Positions 9,077 to 18,255 of a stretch of 32,000 bases of DNA are shown here, one piece after another (within the stretch, counting starts at the first letter, position 1; each line of letters begins with the position of its first letter). Origin of the DNA: Escherichia coli. GTDB taxonomy: Bacteria > Pseudomonadota > Gammaproteobacteria > Enterobacterales > Enterobacteriaceae. The notes beneath the pieces were generated by a model, which made no database searches, had not been told where the DNA came from, and worked only from the letters and a program-made list of their open reading frames with translations. Location: NCBI RefSeq assembly GCF_900622695.1, contig NZ_LR130562.1; one strand, written 5' to 3'. The position numbers and the translations under genes are program-made.

Positions 9077-12000
9077 ATGCAGGTCAGCAGAAGGCAGTTC
9101 TTTAAGATCTGCGCTGGCGGTATGGCAGGCACCACGGCGGCGGCACTGGGTTTTGCCCCCAGCGTAGCACTCGCGGAAACCCGGCAGTATAAACTGCTGC
9201 GCACCCGCGAAACCCGTAATACCTGCACCTATTGTTCCGTAGGCTGTGGGCTGTTGATGTACAGCCTCGGTGACGGAGCAAAAAACGCCAAAGCATCTAT
9301 CTTCCATATCGAAGGCGATCCGGATCACCCGGTCAACCGCGGTGCACTTTGTCCGAAAGGCGCTGGCCTGGTGGATTTCATCCACTCCGAAAGCCGTCTG
9401 AAGTTTCCGGAATACCGTGCGCCAGGTTCTGATAAATGGCAGCAAATCAGTTGGGAAGAGGCGTTTGATCGCATCGCCAAACTGATGAAAGAAGACCGCG
9501 ATGCTAACTACATTGCGCAAAACGCCGAAGGCGTGACCGTTAACCGCTGGCTCTCCACCGGGATGCTGTGTGCTTCCGCGTCGAGTAACGAAACCGGCTA
9601 TTTAACGCAAAAATTCTCCCGCGCGCTGGGTATGCTCGCGGTCGACAACCAGGCGCGTGTCTGACACGGACCAACGGTAGCAAGTCTTGCTCCAACATTT
9701 GGTCGCGGTGCGATGACCAACCACTGGGTCGACATCAAGAACGCCAACCTCGTCGTGGTGATGGGCGGTAACGCCGCTGAAGCTCACCCGGTCGGGTTCC
9801 GCTGGGCGATGGAAGCCAAAATTCACAACGGCGCGAAGCTGATTGTGATCGATCCTCGCTTTACGCGTACGGCGGCGGTGGCTGACTACTATGCCCCTAT
9901 TCGTTCCGGTACTGACATTGCTTTCCTGTCAGGCGTATTGCTGTACCTGCTGAACAATGAAAAATTCAACCGCGAATACACCGAAGCCTATACCAACGCC
10001 AGCCTGATCGTGCGTGAGGATTACGGCTTTGAAGATGGCCTGTTCACCGGCTATGACGCGGAAAAACGCAAGTACGATAAATCCTCCTGGACTTACGAAC
10101 TGGACGAAAACGGCTTCGCCAAACGCGATACCACGCTGCAACATCCGCGCTGCGTGTGGAACTTGCTGAAACAGCACGTTTCCCGCTACACGCCAGATGT
10201 GGTTGAAAACATCTGTGGTACGCCAAAAGACGCGTTCCTGAAAGTCTGCGAATACATCGCAGAAACCAGTGCTCACGATAAAACTGCCTCGTTCCTGTAT
10301 GCCCTCGGCTGGACGCAACACTCCGTTGGTGCGCAAAACATTCGTACGATGGCGATGATCCAGCTGCTGCTCGGCAACATGGGGATGGCAGGCGGCGGCG
10401 TTAACGCCCTGCGCGGTCACTCTAATATTCAGGGGCTGACGGACCTGGGGCTGCTGTCGCAGAGCCTGCCAGGTTACATGACGCTGCCAAGCGAGAAGCA
10501 GACCGATCTGCAAACCTACCTTACCGCCAACACGCCAAAACCGCTGCTGGAAGGCCAGGTAAACTACTGGGGCAACTACCCGAAATTCTTCGTCTCTATG
10601 ATGAAGGCCTTCTTTGGTGATAAAGCGACGGCGGAAAATAGCTGGGGCTTTGACTGGTTGCCGAAGTGGGATAAAGGCTACGACGTCCTGCAATACTTCG
10701 AGATGATGAAAGAAGGCAAGGTCAATGGCTATATCTGCCAGGGCTTTAACCCTGTTGCCTCATTCCCGAACAAAAACAAAGTGATCAGTTGTCTGTCGAA
10801 ACTGAAGTTCCTCGTCACTATCGACCCGCTGAACACTGAAACCTCTAACTTCTGGCAGAACCACGGTGAGCTGAACGAAGTTGACTCGTCGAAGATCCAG
10901 ACCGAAGTGTTCCGTCTGCCATCGACCTGCTTCGCGGAAGAGAACGGTTCAATCGTTAACTCAGGTCGCTGGTTGCAGTGGCACTGGAAAGGTGCGGACG
11001 CCCCTGGGATTGCGCTGACTGACGGCGAGATCCTCTCCGGTATCTTCCTGCGCTTGCGCAAGATGTATGCCGAACAGGGTGGCGCGAACCCGGACCAGGT
11101 GCTGAACATGACCTGGAACTACGCCATCCCGCATGAGCCGAAGTCGGAAGAAGTGGCGATGGAGAGCAACGGTAAGGCGCTGGCCGATATTACCGATCCG
11201 GCAACCGGTGCGGTTATCGTCAAGAAAGGCCAACAACTTAGCTCGTTCGCCCAACTGCGCGATGACGGTACCACCTCCTGTGGCTGCTGGATTTTCGCCG
11301 GTAGCTGGACGCCAGAGGGCAACCAGATGGCGCGTCGTGATAACGCCGATCCGTCTGGCCTCGGTAACACGCTGGGCTGGGCATGGGCATGGCCGCTTAA
11401 CCGCCGCATTCTGTATAACCGCGCCTCCGCAGATCCGCAGGGTAACCCGTGGGATCCGAAGCGTCAGTTGCTGAAATGGGACGGCACTAAGTGGACCGGC
11501 TGGGATATTCCGGACTACAGCGCAGCGCCTCCGGGCAGTGGCGTTGGGCCGTTTATCATGCAGCAGGAAGGCATGGGGCGTCTGTTTGCCCTCGATAAGA
11601 TGGCGGAAGGTCCGTTCCCGGAACACTACGAGCCGTTTGAAACGCCGCTGGGAACTAACCCGCTGCATCCAAACGTTATCTCGAACCCGGCTGCACGTAT
11701 CTTTAAAGACGACGCCGAAGCATTGGGTAAAGCCGATAAGTTCCCGTATGTCGGAACCACCTATCGTCTGACCGAGCACTTCCACTACTGGACCAAACAC
11801 GCGCTGTTGAACGCGATTTTGCAACCAGAGCAGTTTGTGGAAATCGGTGAGTCGCTGGCGAATAAACTTGGCATTGCCCAGGGCGATACAGTGAAAGTCT
11901 CCTCCAACCGTGGCTATATAAAAGCCAAAGCGGTGGTGACCAAACGTATTCGCACGCTGAAAGCGAACGGCAAAGATATCGATACCATCGGTATCCCGAT

Positions 12001-12127
12001 TCACTGGGGCTATGAAGGTGTTGCGAAAAAAGGCTTTATTGCCAATACGTTAACGCCATTCGTTGGTGATGCGAACACGCAGACGCCAGAGTTTAAGTCC
12101 TTCCTTGTGAATGTGGAAAAGGTGTAA
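9077..12127 (+). CDS. fdoG: Formate dehydrogenase-O major subunit, selenoprotein (1016 aa with in-frame TGA read as Sec196)
   Basis: Tat signal MQVSRRQFFKICAGGMAG; two tracked ORFs (9077-9664 and 9713-12127) are the same frame interrupted by TGA at 9662-9664 in context ...NQARV-U-HGPTVASLAPTFGRGAMTNHW... Confidence 0.97.
9662..9711 (+). promoter_or_regulatory. Selenocysteine codon TGA plus bacterial SECIS hairpin
   Basis: TGACACGGACCAACGGTAGCAAGTCTTGCTCCAACATTTGGTCGCGG: complementary GACCAA/TTGGTC arms immediately 3' of the UGA. Confidence 0.85.
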
Positions 12128-12139
12128 CGGAGACGACAT

Positions 12140-13042
12140 ATGGCTTATCAATCTCAAGATATCATTCGTCGTTCCGCGACTAACGGTCTGACCCCCGCGC
12201 CTCAGGCGCGGGACTTCCAGGAAGAAGTGGCGAAACTCATCGACGTCACCACCTGTATCGGCTGTAAAGCCTGTCAGGTGGCGTGTTCAGAGTGGAACGA
12301 CATTCGCGATACCGTCGGCAATAACATTGGGGTGTACGACAACCCCAATGATTTAAGTGCCAAATCGTGGACGGTGATGCGCTTCTCGGAAGTGGAACAG
12401 AACGACAAACTGGAATGGCTGATCCGCAAAGACGGCTGTATGCACTGTTCCGATCCAGGCTGCCTGAAAGCGTGCCCGGCGGAAGGAGCAATTATTCAGT
12501 ATGCCAACGGTATCGTCGACTTCCAGTCCGAGCAGTGCATCGGCTGCGGTTATTGCATTGCGGGCTGTCCGTTCGACATTCCGCGCCTCAACCCGGAAGA
12601 CAACCGCGTCTACAAATGTACGCTGTGCGTTGACCGCGTGGTGGTTGGGCAAGAACCGGCCTGCGTGAAGACCTGCCCAACGGGCGCGATTCACTTCGGT
12701 ACGAAAGAGTCGATGAAAACGCTGGCGAGCGAGCGCGTGGCGGAGCTGAAAACTCGCGGTTACGACAATGCGGGTCTGTACGATCCGGCAGGCGTTGGTG
12801 GTACACACGTTATGTACGTGCTGCACCATGCTGACAAGCCAAATCTGTATCATGGCTTGCCGGAGAACCCGGAAATCAGCGAAACCGTGAAATTCTGGAA
12901 AGGCATCTGGAAACCGCTCGCAGCTGTTGGCTTTGCGGCTACCTTCGCAGCCAGTATCTTCCACTACGTGGGTGTCGGTCCGAACCGTGCGGATGAGGAA
13001 GAGAATAATCTGCACGAAGAGAAAGACGAGGAGCGCAAATGA
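12140..13042 (+). CDS. fdoH: Formate dehydrogenase-O iron-sulfur subunit (300 aa)
   Basis: Multiple ferredoxin-type Cys clusters ([24 protein letters not shown]). Confidence 0.97.
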
Positions 13043-13674
13043 AACGACGTGACACCATCGTGCGCTACACCGCGCCGGAACGTATCAACCACTGGATCAC
13101 CGCCTTCTGCTTCATCCTGGCGGCGGTGAGCGGGCTGGGCTTTTTGTTCCCGTCCTTCAACTGGTTGATGCAAATCATGGGCACACCGCAGCTGGCGCGA
13201 ATTCTGCACCCGTTTGTCGGCGTGGTTATGTTTGCCTCGTTCATCATCATGTTTTTCCGTTACTGGCATCACAACCTAATCAATCGGGATGATATCTTTT
13301 GGGCGAAGAATATTCGTAAGATCGTCGTCAACGAGGAAGTAGGTGACACCGGGCGTTATAACTTCGGTCAGAAATGCGTTTTCTGGGCGGCGATTATTTT
13401 CCTGGTTCTGCTGCTGGTGAGCGGCGTGATTATCTGGCGTCCTTATTTTGCGCCTGCTTTCTCAATCCCGGTGATCCGATTCGCGTTAATGCTGCATTCA
13501 TTTGCCGCAGTGGCGTTAATTGTGGTTATCATGGTGCATATCTACGCCGCCCTTTGGGTGAAAGGCACGATTACCGCCATGGTGGAAGGATGGGTTACCA
13601 GCGCCTGGGCGAAGAAACATCACCCGCGCTGGTACCGTGAGGTCCGCAAGACAACGGAAAAGAAAGCTGAATGA
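13039..13674 (+). CDS. fdoI: Formate dehydrogenase-O cytochrome b556 subunit (211 aa)
   Basis: Polytopic b-type cytochrome; overlaps fdoH by 4 nt. Confidence 0.97.
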
Positions 13675-14600
13675 GTATTCGCATAATCCCGCAAGATGAG
13701 CTGGGTTCGAGCGAGAAACGTACGGCGGATATGATTCCGCCGTTATTGTTCCCTCGGCTCAAGAATTTATACAACCGCCGCGCCGAGCGTCTGCGCGAGC
13801 TGGCAGAAAATAATCCGCTGGGTGATTACCTGCGCTTTGCTGCGCTTATCGCCCACGCCCAGGAAGTGGTGCTGTACGACCATCCGCTGGAGATGGATCT
13901 GACCACGCGCATTAAAGAAGCCAGCGCACAAGGCAAGCCCCCGCTGGATATTCACGTTCTGCCGCGTGATAAGCACTGGCAAAAGCTGCTGATGGCGCTA
14001 ATTGCTGAGCTGAAACCTGAAATGAGCGGCCCGGCGCTGGCAGTGATTGAGAATCTGGAGAAGGCATCGACTCAGGAGCTGGAAGATATGGCCAGCGCAC
14101 TGTTTGCCTCTGATTTCTCGTCCGTCAGCAGCGATAAAGCGCCGTTTATCTGGGCTGCGCTGTCGCTCTACTGGGCGCAGATGGCTAATCTGATCCCCGG
14201 CAAAGCCCGCGCTGAATACGGCGAACAACGTCAATATTGCCCGGTATGTGGCTCTATGCCGGTGTCCAGCATGGTGCAAATTGGCACCACTCAGGGTCTG
14301 CGTTACCTGCACTGCAACCTGTGTGAAACCGAATGGCACGTAGTGCGCGTAAAATGCAGCAACTGCGAGCAGAGCGGCAAACTGCATTACTGGTCGCTGG
14401 ATGACGAACAGGCCGCGATTAAAGCCGAAAGCTGCGATGACTGCGGCACTTACCTGAAGATTCTTTATCAGGAAAAAGAACCGAAAGTTGAAGCCGTGGC
14501 AGATGACCTCGCCTCTCTGGTACTGGACGCGCGAATGGAGCAAGAAGGCTACGCCCGCAGTTCCATCAACCCGTTCCTGTTCCCGGGTGAAGGGGAGTAA
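13671..14600 (+). CDS. fdhE: Formate dehydrogenase formation protein FdhE (309 aa)
   Basis: [11 protein letters not shown] and CNLCETEW...CSNCEQ zinc-finger-like clusters; overlaps fdoI. Confidence 0.97.
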   Translation: MSIRIIPQDELGSSEKRTADMIPPLLFPRLKNLYNRRAERLRELAENNPLGDYLRFAALIAHAQEVVLYDHPLEMDLTTRIKEASAQGKPPLDIHVLPRDKHWQKLLMALIAELKPEMSGPALAVIENLEKASTQELEDMASALFASDFSSVSSDKAPFIWAALSLYWAQMANLIPGKARAEYGEQRQYCPVCGSMPVSSMVQIGTTQGLRYLHCNLCETEWHVVRVKCSNCEQSGKLHYWSLDDEQAAIKAESCDDCGTYLKILYQEKEPKVEAVADDLASLVLDARMEQEGYARSSINPFLFPGEGE

Positions 14601-14640
14601 TCTCTGACGTTTTCCGGGTGGCGCTGGTCGCCCGGATTAC

Positions 14641-14782
14641 AGCTCATAGGGTGTGACGACACTATCTCTCTTATTCCGCGTTACCACCTCAAGCTATGCT
14701 GCCAGTGCCTGTTTTGCCTCAATTTTCACACTGAACAAATCGATAACAATATCGATATCAAATAGCCAAATCTTTTTGCCAT
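14641..14782 (-). pseudogene. Decayed PIN-domain (VapC-like) toxin N-terminus downstream of yiiF
   Basis: ATG overlaps yiiF stop (TAATG); one extra A in the A-tract (14773-14777) would read MAKKIWLFDIDIVIDLFSVKIEAKQALAA*LEVVTRNKRDSVVTPYEL*, resembling the PIN start (L-D-T-N/D-I-V-I-D-L...S-V-V-T-x-x-E-L). Confidence 0.5.
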
Positions 14783-15000
14783 TACCATTCCTCGCGCAGC
14801 TTACGCTGGTATTCGACACCATCTTCCTCACTCCCTTGCCAGATGCCAAAAGCACTGGCTCTTGCTGTTTGCGATTGATTTACCAGGTATTGATCTACCG
14901 CTTCCCGTAATAGCTCCGCACGAGGAAGATTACGCTGCACCTCGAGATCATCAAGTTGCTTAAACAACTCATTCGATAAATTGAGTAAAATTCTGCCCAT
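14782..15000 (-). CDS. yiiF: YiiF, small ribbon-helix-helix/CopG-like antitoxin-type protein (72 aa)
   Basis: [42 protein letters not shown]...; RHH pattern; start at 15000 rather than 15024. Confidence 0.9.
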   Translation of the reverse strand: MGRILLNLSNELFKQLDDLEVQRNLPRAELLREAVDQYLVNQSQTARASAFGIWQGSEEDGVEYQRKLREEW

Positions 15001-15120
15001 ATCTATACCTGCCAGAGAGTTCATAAATATTTCGCCAATATCATTTTTGAATCTATGGAGAGAAAAGTACCCTTGCCGAATCTTTAAAGAAAGCTCATTT
15101 ACGCATCATTTTTTATTTTT

Positions 15121-15161
15121 GCGAGGCGTTTTCCAGATATGATGTAACAGTTGCAGTTATT
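15121..15161. repeat. Repeat element A, copy 1, upstream of yiiF
   Basis: GCGAGGCGTTTTCCAGATATGATGTAACAGTTGCAGTTATT; 34/41 identical to copy 2 including an exact 20-nt core ATGTAACAGTTGCAGTTATT. Confidence 0.85.
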
Positions 15162-15213
15162 ATAAGTTCAAGTAAAACAACCTTGTATTAATACCACAAT
15201 AAGGGTATCTGGT

Positions 15214-15230
15214 TTTTATATTCAAGAATA
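15214..15230. repeat. Repeat element B, copy 1
   Basis: TTTTATATTCAAGAATA, exact match to 15725-15741. Confidence 0.8.
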
Positions 15231-15242
15231 AAAAAATTTTTG

Positions 15243-15461
15243 TCATTCCTTATGCTCCTTACACTGATCATCAACACCAACTACCTCCCCCTTTTGCCTG
15301 CCTCCCTTTGCTTTACGCACCGGGAATTGCTGACGTTCCAGATATTGCTCTACCGCTTCGCGTAAAATTGCAGATCGTGAAACCTTACGCCAGCCCCTAA
15401 GCTTGTTCAGCCGTTTAATTGCCTCTTCTGATAAATGAAGAAAAACCGTATTCATCGCCAT
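15243..15461 (-). CDS. yiiE: YiiE, small ribbon-helix-helix CopG-like protein (72 aa)
   Basis: MAMNTVFLHLSEEAIKRLNKLRGWRKVSRSAILREAVEQYLERQQ...; start at 15461 gives the 72 aa form. Confidence 0.9.
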   Translation of the reverse strand: MAMNTVFLHLSEEAIKRLNKLRGWRKVSRSAILREAVEQYLERQQFPVRKAKGGRQKGEVVGVDDQCKEHKE

Positions 15462-15559
15462 TACCAATACCTTACATATATTACTCATTAATGTATGTGC
15501 GAAAATTACGCCGAAAAATCATTTAAAAAAAGCGGATTTTTGCATGCTGTTTTGTTTTT

Positions 15560-15600
15560 GCGAGACGGCATCCAAAGATAATGTAACAGTTGCAGTTATT
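15560..15600. repeat. Repeat element A, copy 2, upstream of yiiE
   Basis: GCGAGACGGCATCCAAAGATAATGTAACAGTTGCAGTTATT. Confidence 0.85.
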
Positions 15601-15724
15601 TCAATTGTTACTCAAAAATGGTTTAGTAATAACCCAGGATGGTTTATTACTTTTAATTAAGCGGGGACACATCTACAGAAAAGAAACAACAAATAATAAG
15701 GATGAATTATGGGTGCTATAAATA

Positions 15725-15741
15725 TTTTATATTCAAGAATA
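15725..15741. repeat. Repeat element B, copy 2
   Basis: TTTTATATTCAAGAATA, exact match to 15214-15230. Confidence 0.8.
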
Positions 15742-15844
15742 TTTTTTTGATTGGGTGTTCATTTGCTTCATCAGGATGGTGTACCCGAAAAAGTCAGCAG
15801 CTTTACCGCACCAGGGTTTAAGGTGAAATCTACCATTCATAACT

Positions 15845-15871
15845 GACCGGTCAGTGCCGCACCAACCGGTC
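15845..15871. terminator. Candidate terminator hairpin downstream of ORF 15880-16158
   Basis: GACCGGT (15845-15851) / ACCGGTC (15865-15871) followed by TTTAATT on + strand. Confidence 0.45.
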
Positions 15872-15879
15872 TTTAATTG

Positions 15880-16158
15880 TTAGTAGTAGTAAATTTGTGG
15901 ATAACAGTCCGGGAACCAGACGATTCCTTCTGGATCATCCCCCTGCATTACCCGATGACATTGGCGTCGATCATCTGCGCGACGGCGAAGCGTAGTATAG
16001 AGCCGCTTCCATTCATGATCGCCCGGTGTACTGTAGTTTACCCAACAATCCATTGAAGGGTGACGCCATTTACCTGTAAGTGTTGGGATCCCTGAATGAT
16101 TATGCAGCTTCGCTTTACCATTACGATCCCTATCTTTACGCGTATTAAGCGTGGACAT
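15880..16158 (-). CDS. Hypothetical protein (92 aa), no family recognised
   Basis: ORF MSTLNTRKDRDRNGKAKLHNHSGIPTLTGKWRHPSMDCWVNY...DCYPQIYYY; same strand as and close behind the next small ORF. Confidence 0.4.
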   Translation of the reverse strand: MSTLNTRKDRDRNGKAKLHNHSGIPTLTGKWRHPSMDCWVNYSTPGDHEWKRLYTTLRRRADDRRQCHRVMQGDDPEGIVWFPDCYPQIYYY

Positions 16159-16209
16159 TTTTAGTCTCCTGTTAAGAGTTCTAAAAATGTGCTTCCTTAA
16201 AATAGTTCA

Positions 16210-16431
16210 TCATTTTCCCTTAATTCGCATAGCGTGCTTTTGCACGAATTTCCGATACGCGGGGACCATTATGATAGCGTCGATGCCCACACATCCAACA
16301 AGAACAAATACAGGGAGTACGAAAGCAAATACCTGATGCTTTTTTGCTTCCATCGCCTGCAGTGCGATAACGGCAGCGGATTTTTTTAATCGCGCCATAT
16401 GATGGCGACGTTCAGCACGATTACGGGTCAT
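16210..16431 (-). CDS. Small single-TM protein (73 aa) with basic N-terminus
   Basis: MTRNRAERRHHMARLKKSAAV...VFAFVLPVFVLVGCVGIDAIIMV; AGGAG 8 nt upstream of the ATG (CAGGAGTTTTACTATG). Confidence 0.55.
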   Translation of the reverse strand: MTRNRAERRHHMARLKKSAAVIALQAMEAKKHQVFAFVLPVFVLVGCVGIDAIIMVPAYRKFVQKHAMRIKGK

Positions 16432-16437
16432 AGTAAA

Positions 16438-16535
16438 ACTCCTGAGCAGGCGGCACTATGCCGCTTTCATAGGAGTTCTGAATGCTGGTGCTTTCTGTAT
16501 GGCATAACCATGCCTCTAACGGTTAAGTGCCTGCA
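16438..16535. repeat. ~98-bp direct repeat, copy 1, with nested hairpin
   Basis: ACTCCTGAGCAGGCGGCACTATGCCGCTTTCATAGGAGTTCTGAATGCTGGTGCTTTCTGTATGGC...; ~90% identical to 18255-18351; overlaps the higA 3' end. Confidence 0.85.
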
Positions 16536-16806
16536 GCACATGTTGCGGATCATTGGCAATCGCTCGCAGCAAAGCCTTTGCAGGCCCAGTCGGTGAACGT
16601 CGCCCCTGCTCCCAGTTACGCAACGTGTCTACGCTTACGGAAATAAGTTCGGCAAATTTAGATTGTGACAACCCTGAAGCGCGGCGTATTTCTTTGATTT
16701 TCATAGCATCAACTTCAAAAGTCCGTGAAGGGTGTCGCGTTCCTTCAATAATTTCATTCATCTGGGCCATGCTGTGAGTCAACCGCTCAAAAAGTGCCTT
16801 ATCCAT
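16516..16806 (-). CDS. HigA-like XRE-family antitoxin (96 aa)
   Basis: HTH IKEIRRASGLSQSKFAELISVSVDTLRNWEQGRRSPTGPAKALLRAI; immediately follows the toxin gene. Confidence 0.88.
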   Translation of the reverse strand: MDKALFERLTHSMAQMNEIIEGTRHPSRTFEVDAMKIKEIRRASGLSQSKFAELISVSVDTLRNWEQGRRSPTGPAKALLRAIANDPQHVLQALNR

Positions 16807-17118
16807 TTACCACCTCGTATTTAACAACCGGAGCATTGCTTTTTCCTGGGGAGACAGATCATCTTTAATACCCTTACGATAAATAAGCAGTAATCTGATC
16901 TCATAATGTTTAACCTGATGAAAGTAAATAACCCTGACACCAGCACGTTTCCCCTTTCCTCCTGACACCCATCGAACCTTTCTTAACCCACCAGTTTCAG
17001 GTATTACCTCACCATAGTCAGGATTCAAGGCCAGGAAAAACTGAAAACGACTGAATTCATCGTCGGTCAGCAGTTTTTGAACATCTTCAGTAAAAATTTC
17101 CGTTTCGATGAAGAGCAT
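16807..17118 (-). CDS. HigB/RelE-family toxin (103 aa)
   Basis: MLFIETEIFTEDVQKLLTDDEFSRFQFFLALNPDYGEVIPETGGLRKVRW...GVRVIYFHQVKHYEIRLLLIYRKGIKDDLSPQE typical of the RelE/HigB fold; toxin-first order. Confidence 0.88.
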   Translation of the reverse strand: MLFIETEIFTEDVQKLLTDDEFSRFQFFLALNPDYGEVIPETGGLRKVRWVSGGKGKRAGVRVIYFHQVKHYEIRLLLIYRKGIKDDLSPQEKAMLRLLNTRW

Positions 17119-17155
17119 AATTATACGCCATTGGCTTAGAGTAACAATCCTTTTT

Positions 17156-17172
17156 GTACGTCATTGACGTAC
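17156..17172. promoter_or_regulatory. Candidate HigA operator
   Basis: GTACGTC-ATT-GACGTAC perfect 7-bp inverted repeat 38 bp upstream of the higB-like start. Confidence 0.5.
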
Positions 17173-17244
17173 CCTTGAAACCACTAGCTTACTGATAGTG
17201 CTCCAGCAAAACCACGTCTCTGCCGGGTTTGTCTTTACATTTGC

Positions 17245-17262
17245 GAGGCGCTTTCCAGATTT
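17245..17262. repeat. Repeat element A, partial copy 3, upstream of higB-like gene
   Basis: GCGAGGCGCTTTCCAGAT, 17/18 identical to 15121-15138. Confidence 0.65.
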
Positions 17263-17334
17263 TTCACGCCCGTGAATTTCCCTGTATCCATCCAGCAAAA
17301 ACGGGTGTATAAAACTGTACATTCATACAGCAAA

Positions 17335-18255
17335 ATGAGTTCTACTATGGCACTGGAAAAAGGAATTGCAGAGTTAGTCGAAGAGTTTATCGCTGCGGGT
17401 CGCCCCTCATCGCGTCAACAAAGTATTGCGCAGCGCAGGGAGGGCTATATCGCCAGCGCTGTCCTTGCGGGTGAGACAGAAACGCGGGTAGATATTCAGA
17501 CTATCGAACTTGAAGGGATGATCTTACGAATAGTGTCACCGCTGAATGCCCCGACATTACTCCCGACGATAATTTATTACTACGGTGGCTGTTTTGTTAG
17601 CGGCGGGTTCGCAACTCACGACAACCAGCTGCGCCAGTTAGCCTATTACGGGCAATATCGGGTTATTGCCGTCCAGTATCGGCTGGCACCGGAACAGACT
17701 TTCCCCGCCGCCCATGATGATGCGCAACGAGGTGCAGAATTAGTCTGGCAACACGCCGAACGACTCGGCGTTGATAAACAACGGATAACTCTTGCCGGTG
17801 ACAGTGCGGGCGGACATCTGGCGCTGGTAACTGCTTTGCGATTAAAGCGTGCTGGCGAGTGGCAACCGGCACAACTCATCTTAATTTATCCCATGCTTGA
17901 TGCGACTGCGCATTTCGAAAGCTACATACGCAATGGTCACGATTACATCATCACACGCGACACTTTACTGAGCGGCTTTGAGATGTATCTGCCAGGCATT
18001 GAACGCAGGCATCCTGAAGCCAGCCCTCTTTGGCGCGATGATTTCAATGGCTTGCCACCTGTACATATCATTACCGCTGAATACGACCCACTTTGCGATG
18101 AAGGTGAAGCGTTGTATCACCGCATGACAGGGCAAGGAGTGCAATGCACCTGCCAACGCTACCTTGGCGTTATCCACGGATTTTTTCAGTTAGGTGGTAT
18201 CAGTGAGGCTGCGCGATCGGCGCTGCGGGATGTGGCCTGGAGAGCGGGAAGGTAA
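17335..18255 (+). CDS. Alpha/beta hydrolase, HSL/esterase-lipase family (306 aa)
   Basis: GDSAGG nucleophile elbow (Ser codon 17803-17805), EYDPLCDEG (Asp region), VIHGFF (His region); oxyanion-hole region reads YYYGGCFVSGG. Confidence 0.88.
   Translation: MSSTMALEKGIAELVEEFIAAGRPSSRQQSIAQRREGYIASAVLAGETETRVDIQTIELEGMILRIVSPLNAPTLLPTIIYYYGGCFVSGGFATHDNQLRQLAYYGQYRVIAVQYRLAPEQTFPAAHDDAQRGAELVWQHAERLGVDKQRITLAGDSAGGHLALVTALRLKRAGEWQPAQLILIYPMLDATAHFESYIRNGHDYIITRDTLLSGFEMYLPGIERRHPEASPLWRDDFNGLPPVHIITAEYDPLCDEGEALYHRMTGQGVQCTCQRYLGVIHGFFQLGGISEAARSALRDVAWRAGR

Noticed and set aside
9662-9712. Apparent frameshift or nonsense disruption of fdoG
   Set aside because: The TGA is the known selenocysteine codon with a SECIS-like hairpin immediately downstream; the frame is continuous through it.
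9602-12004. Long minus-strand ORFs antisense to fdoG (9602-9826, 9929-10693, 10961-12004) and others opposite fdoH (12353-13015)
   Set aside because: Typical shadow ORFs opposite high-codon-bias genes; the sense strand is a fully explained conserved enzyme and the antisense proteins are low-complexity in appearance with no recognised family.
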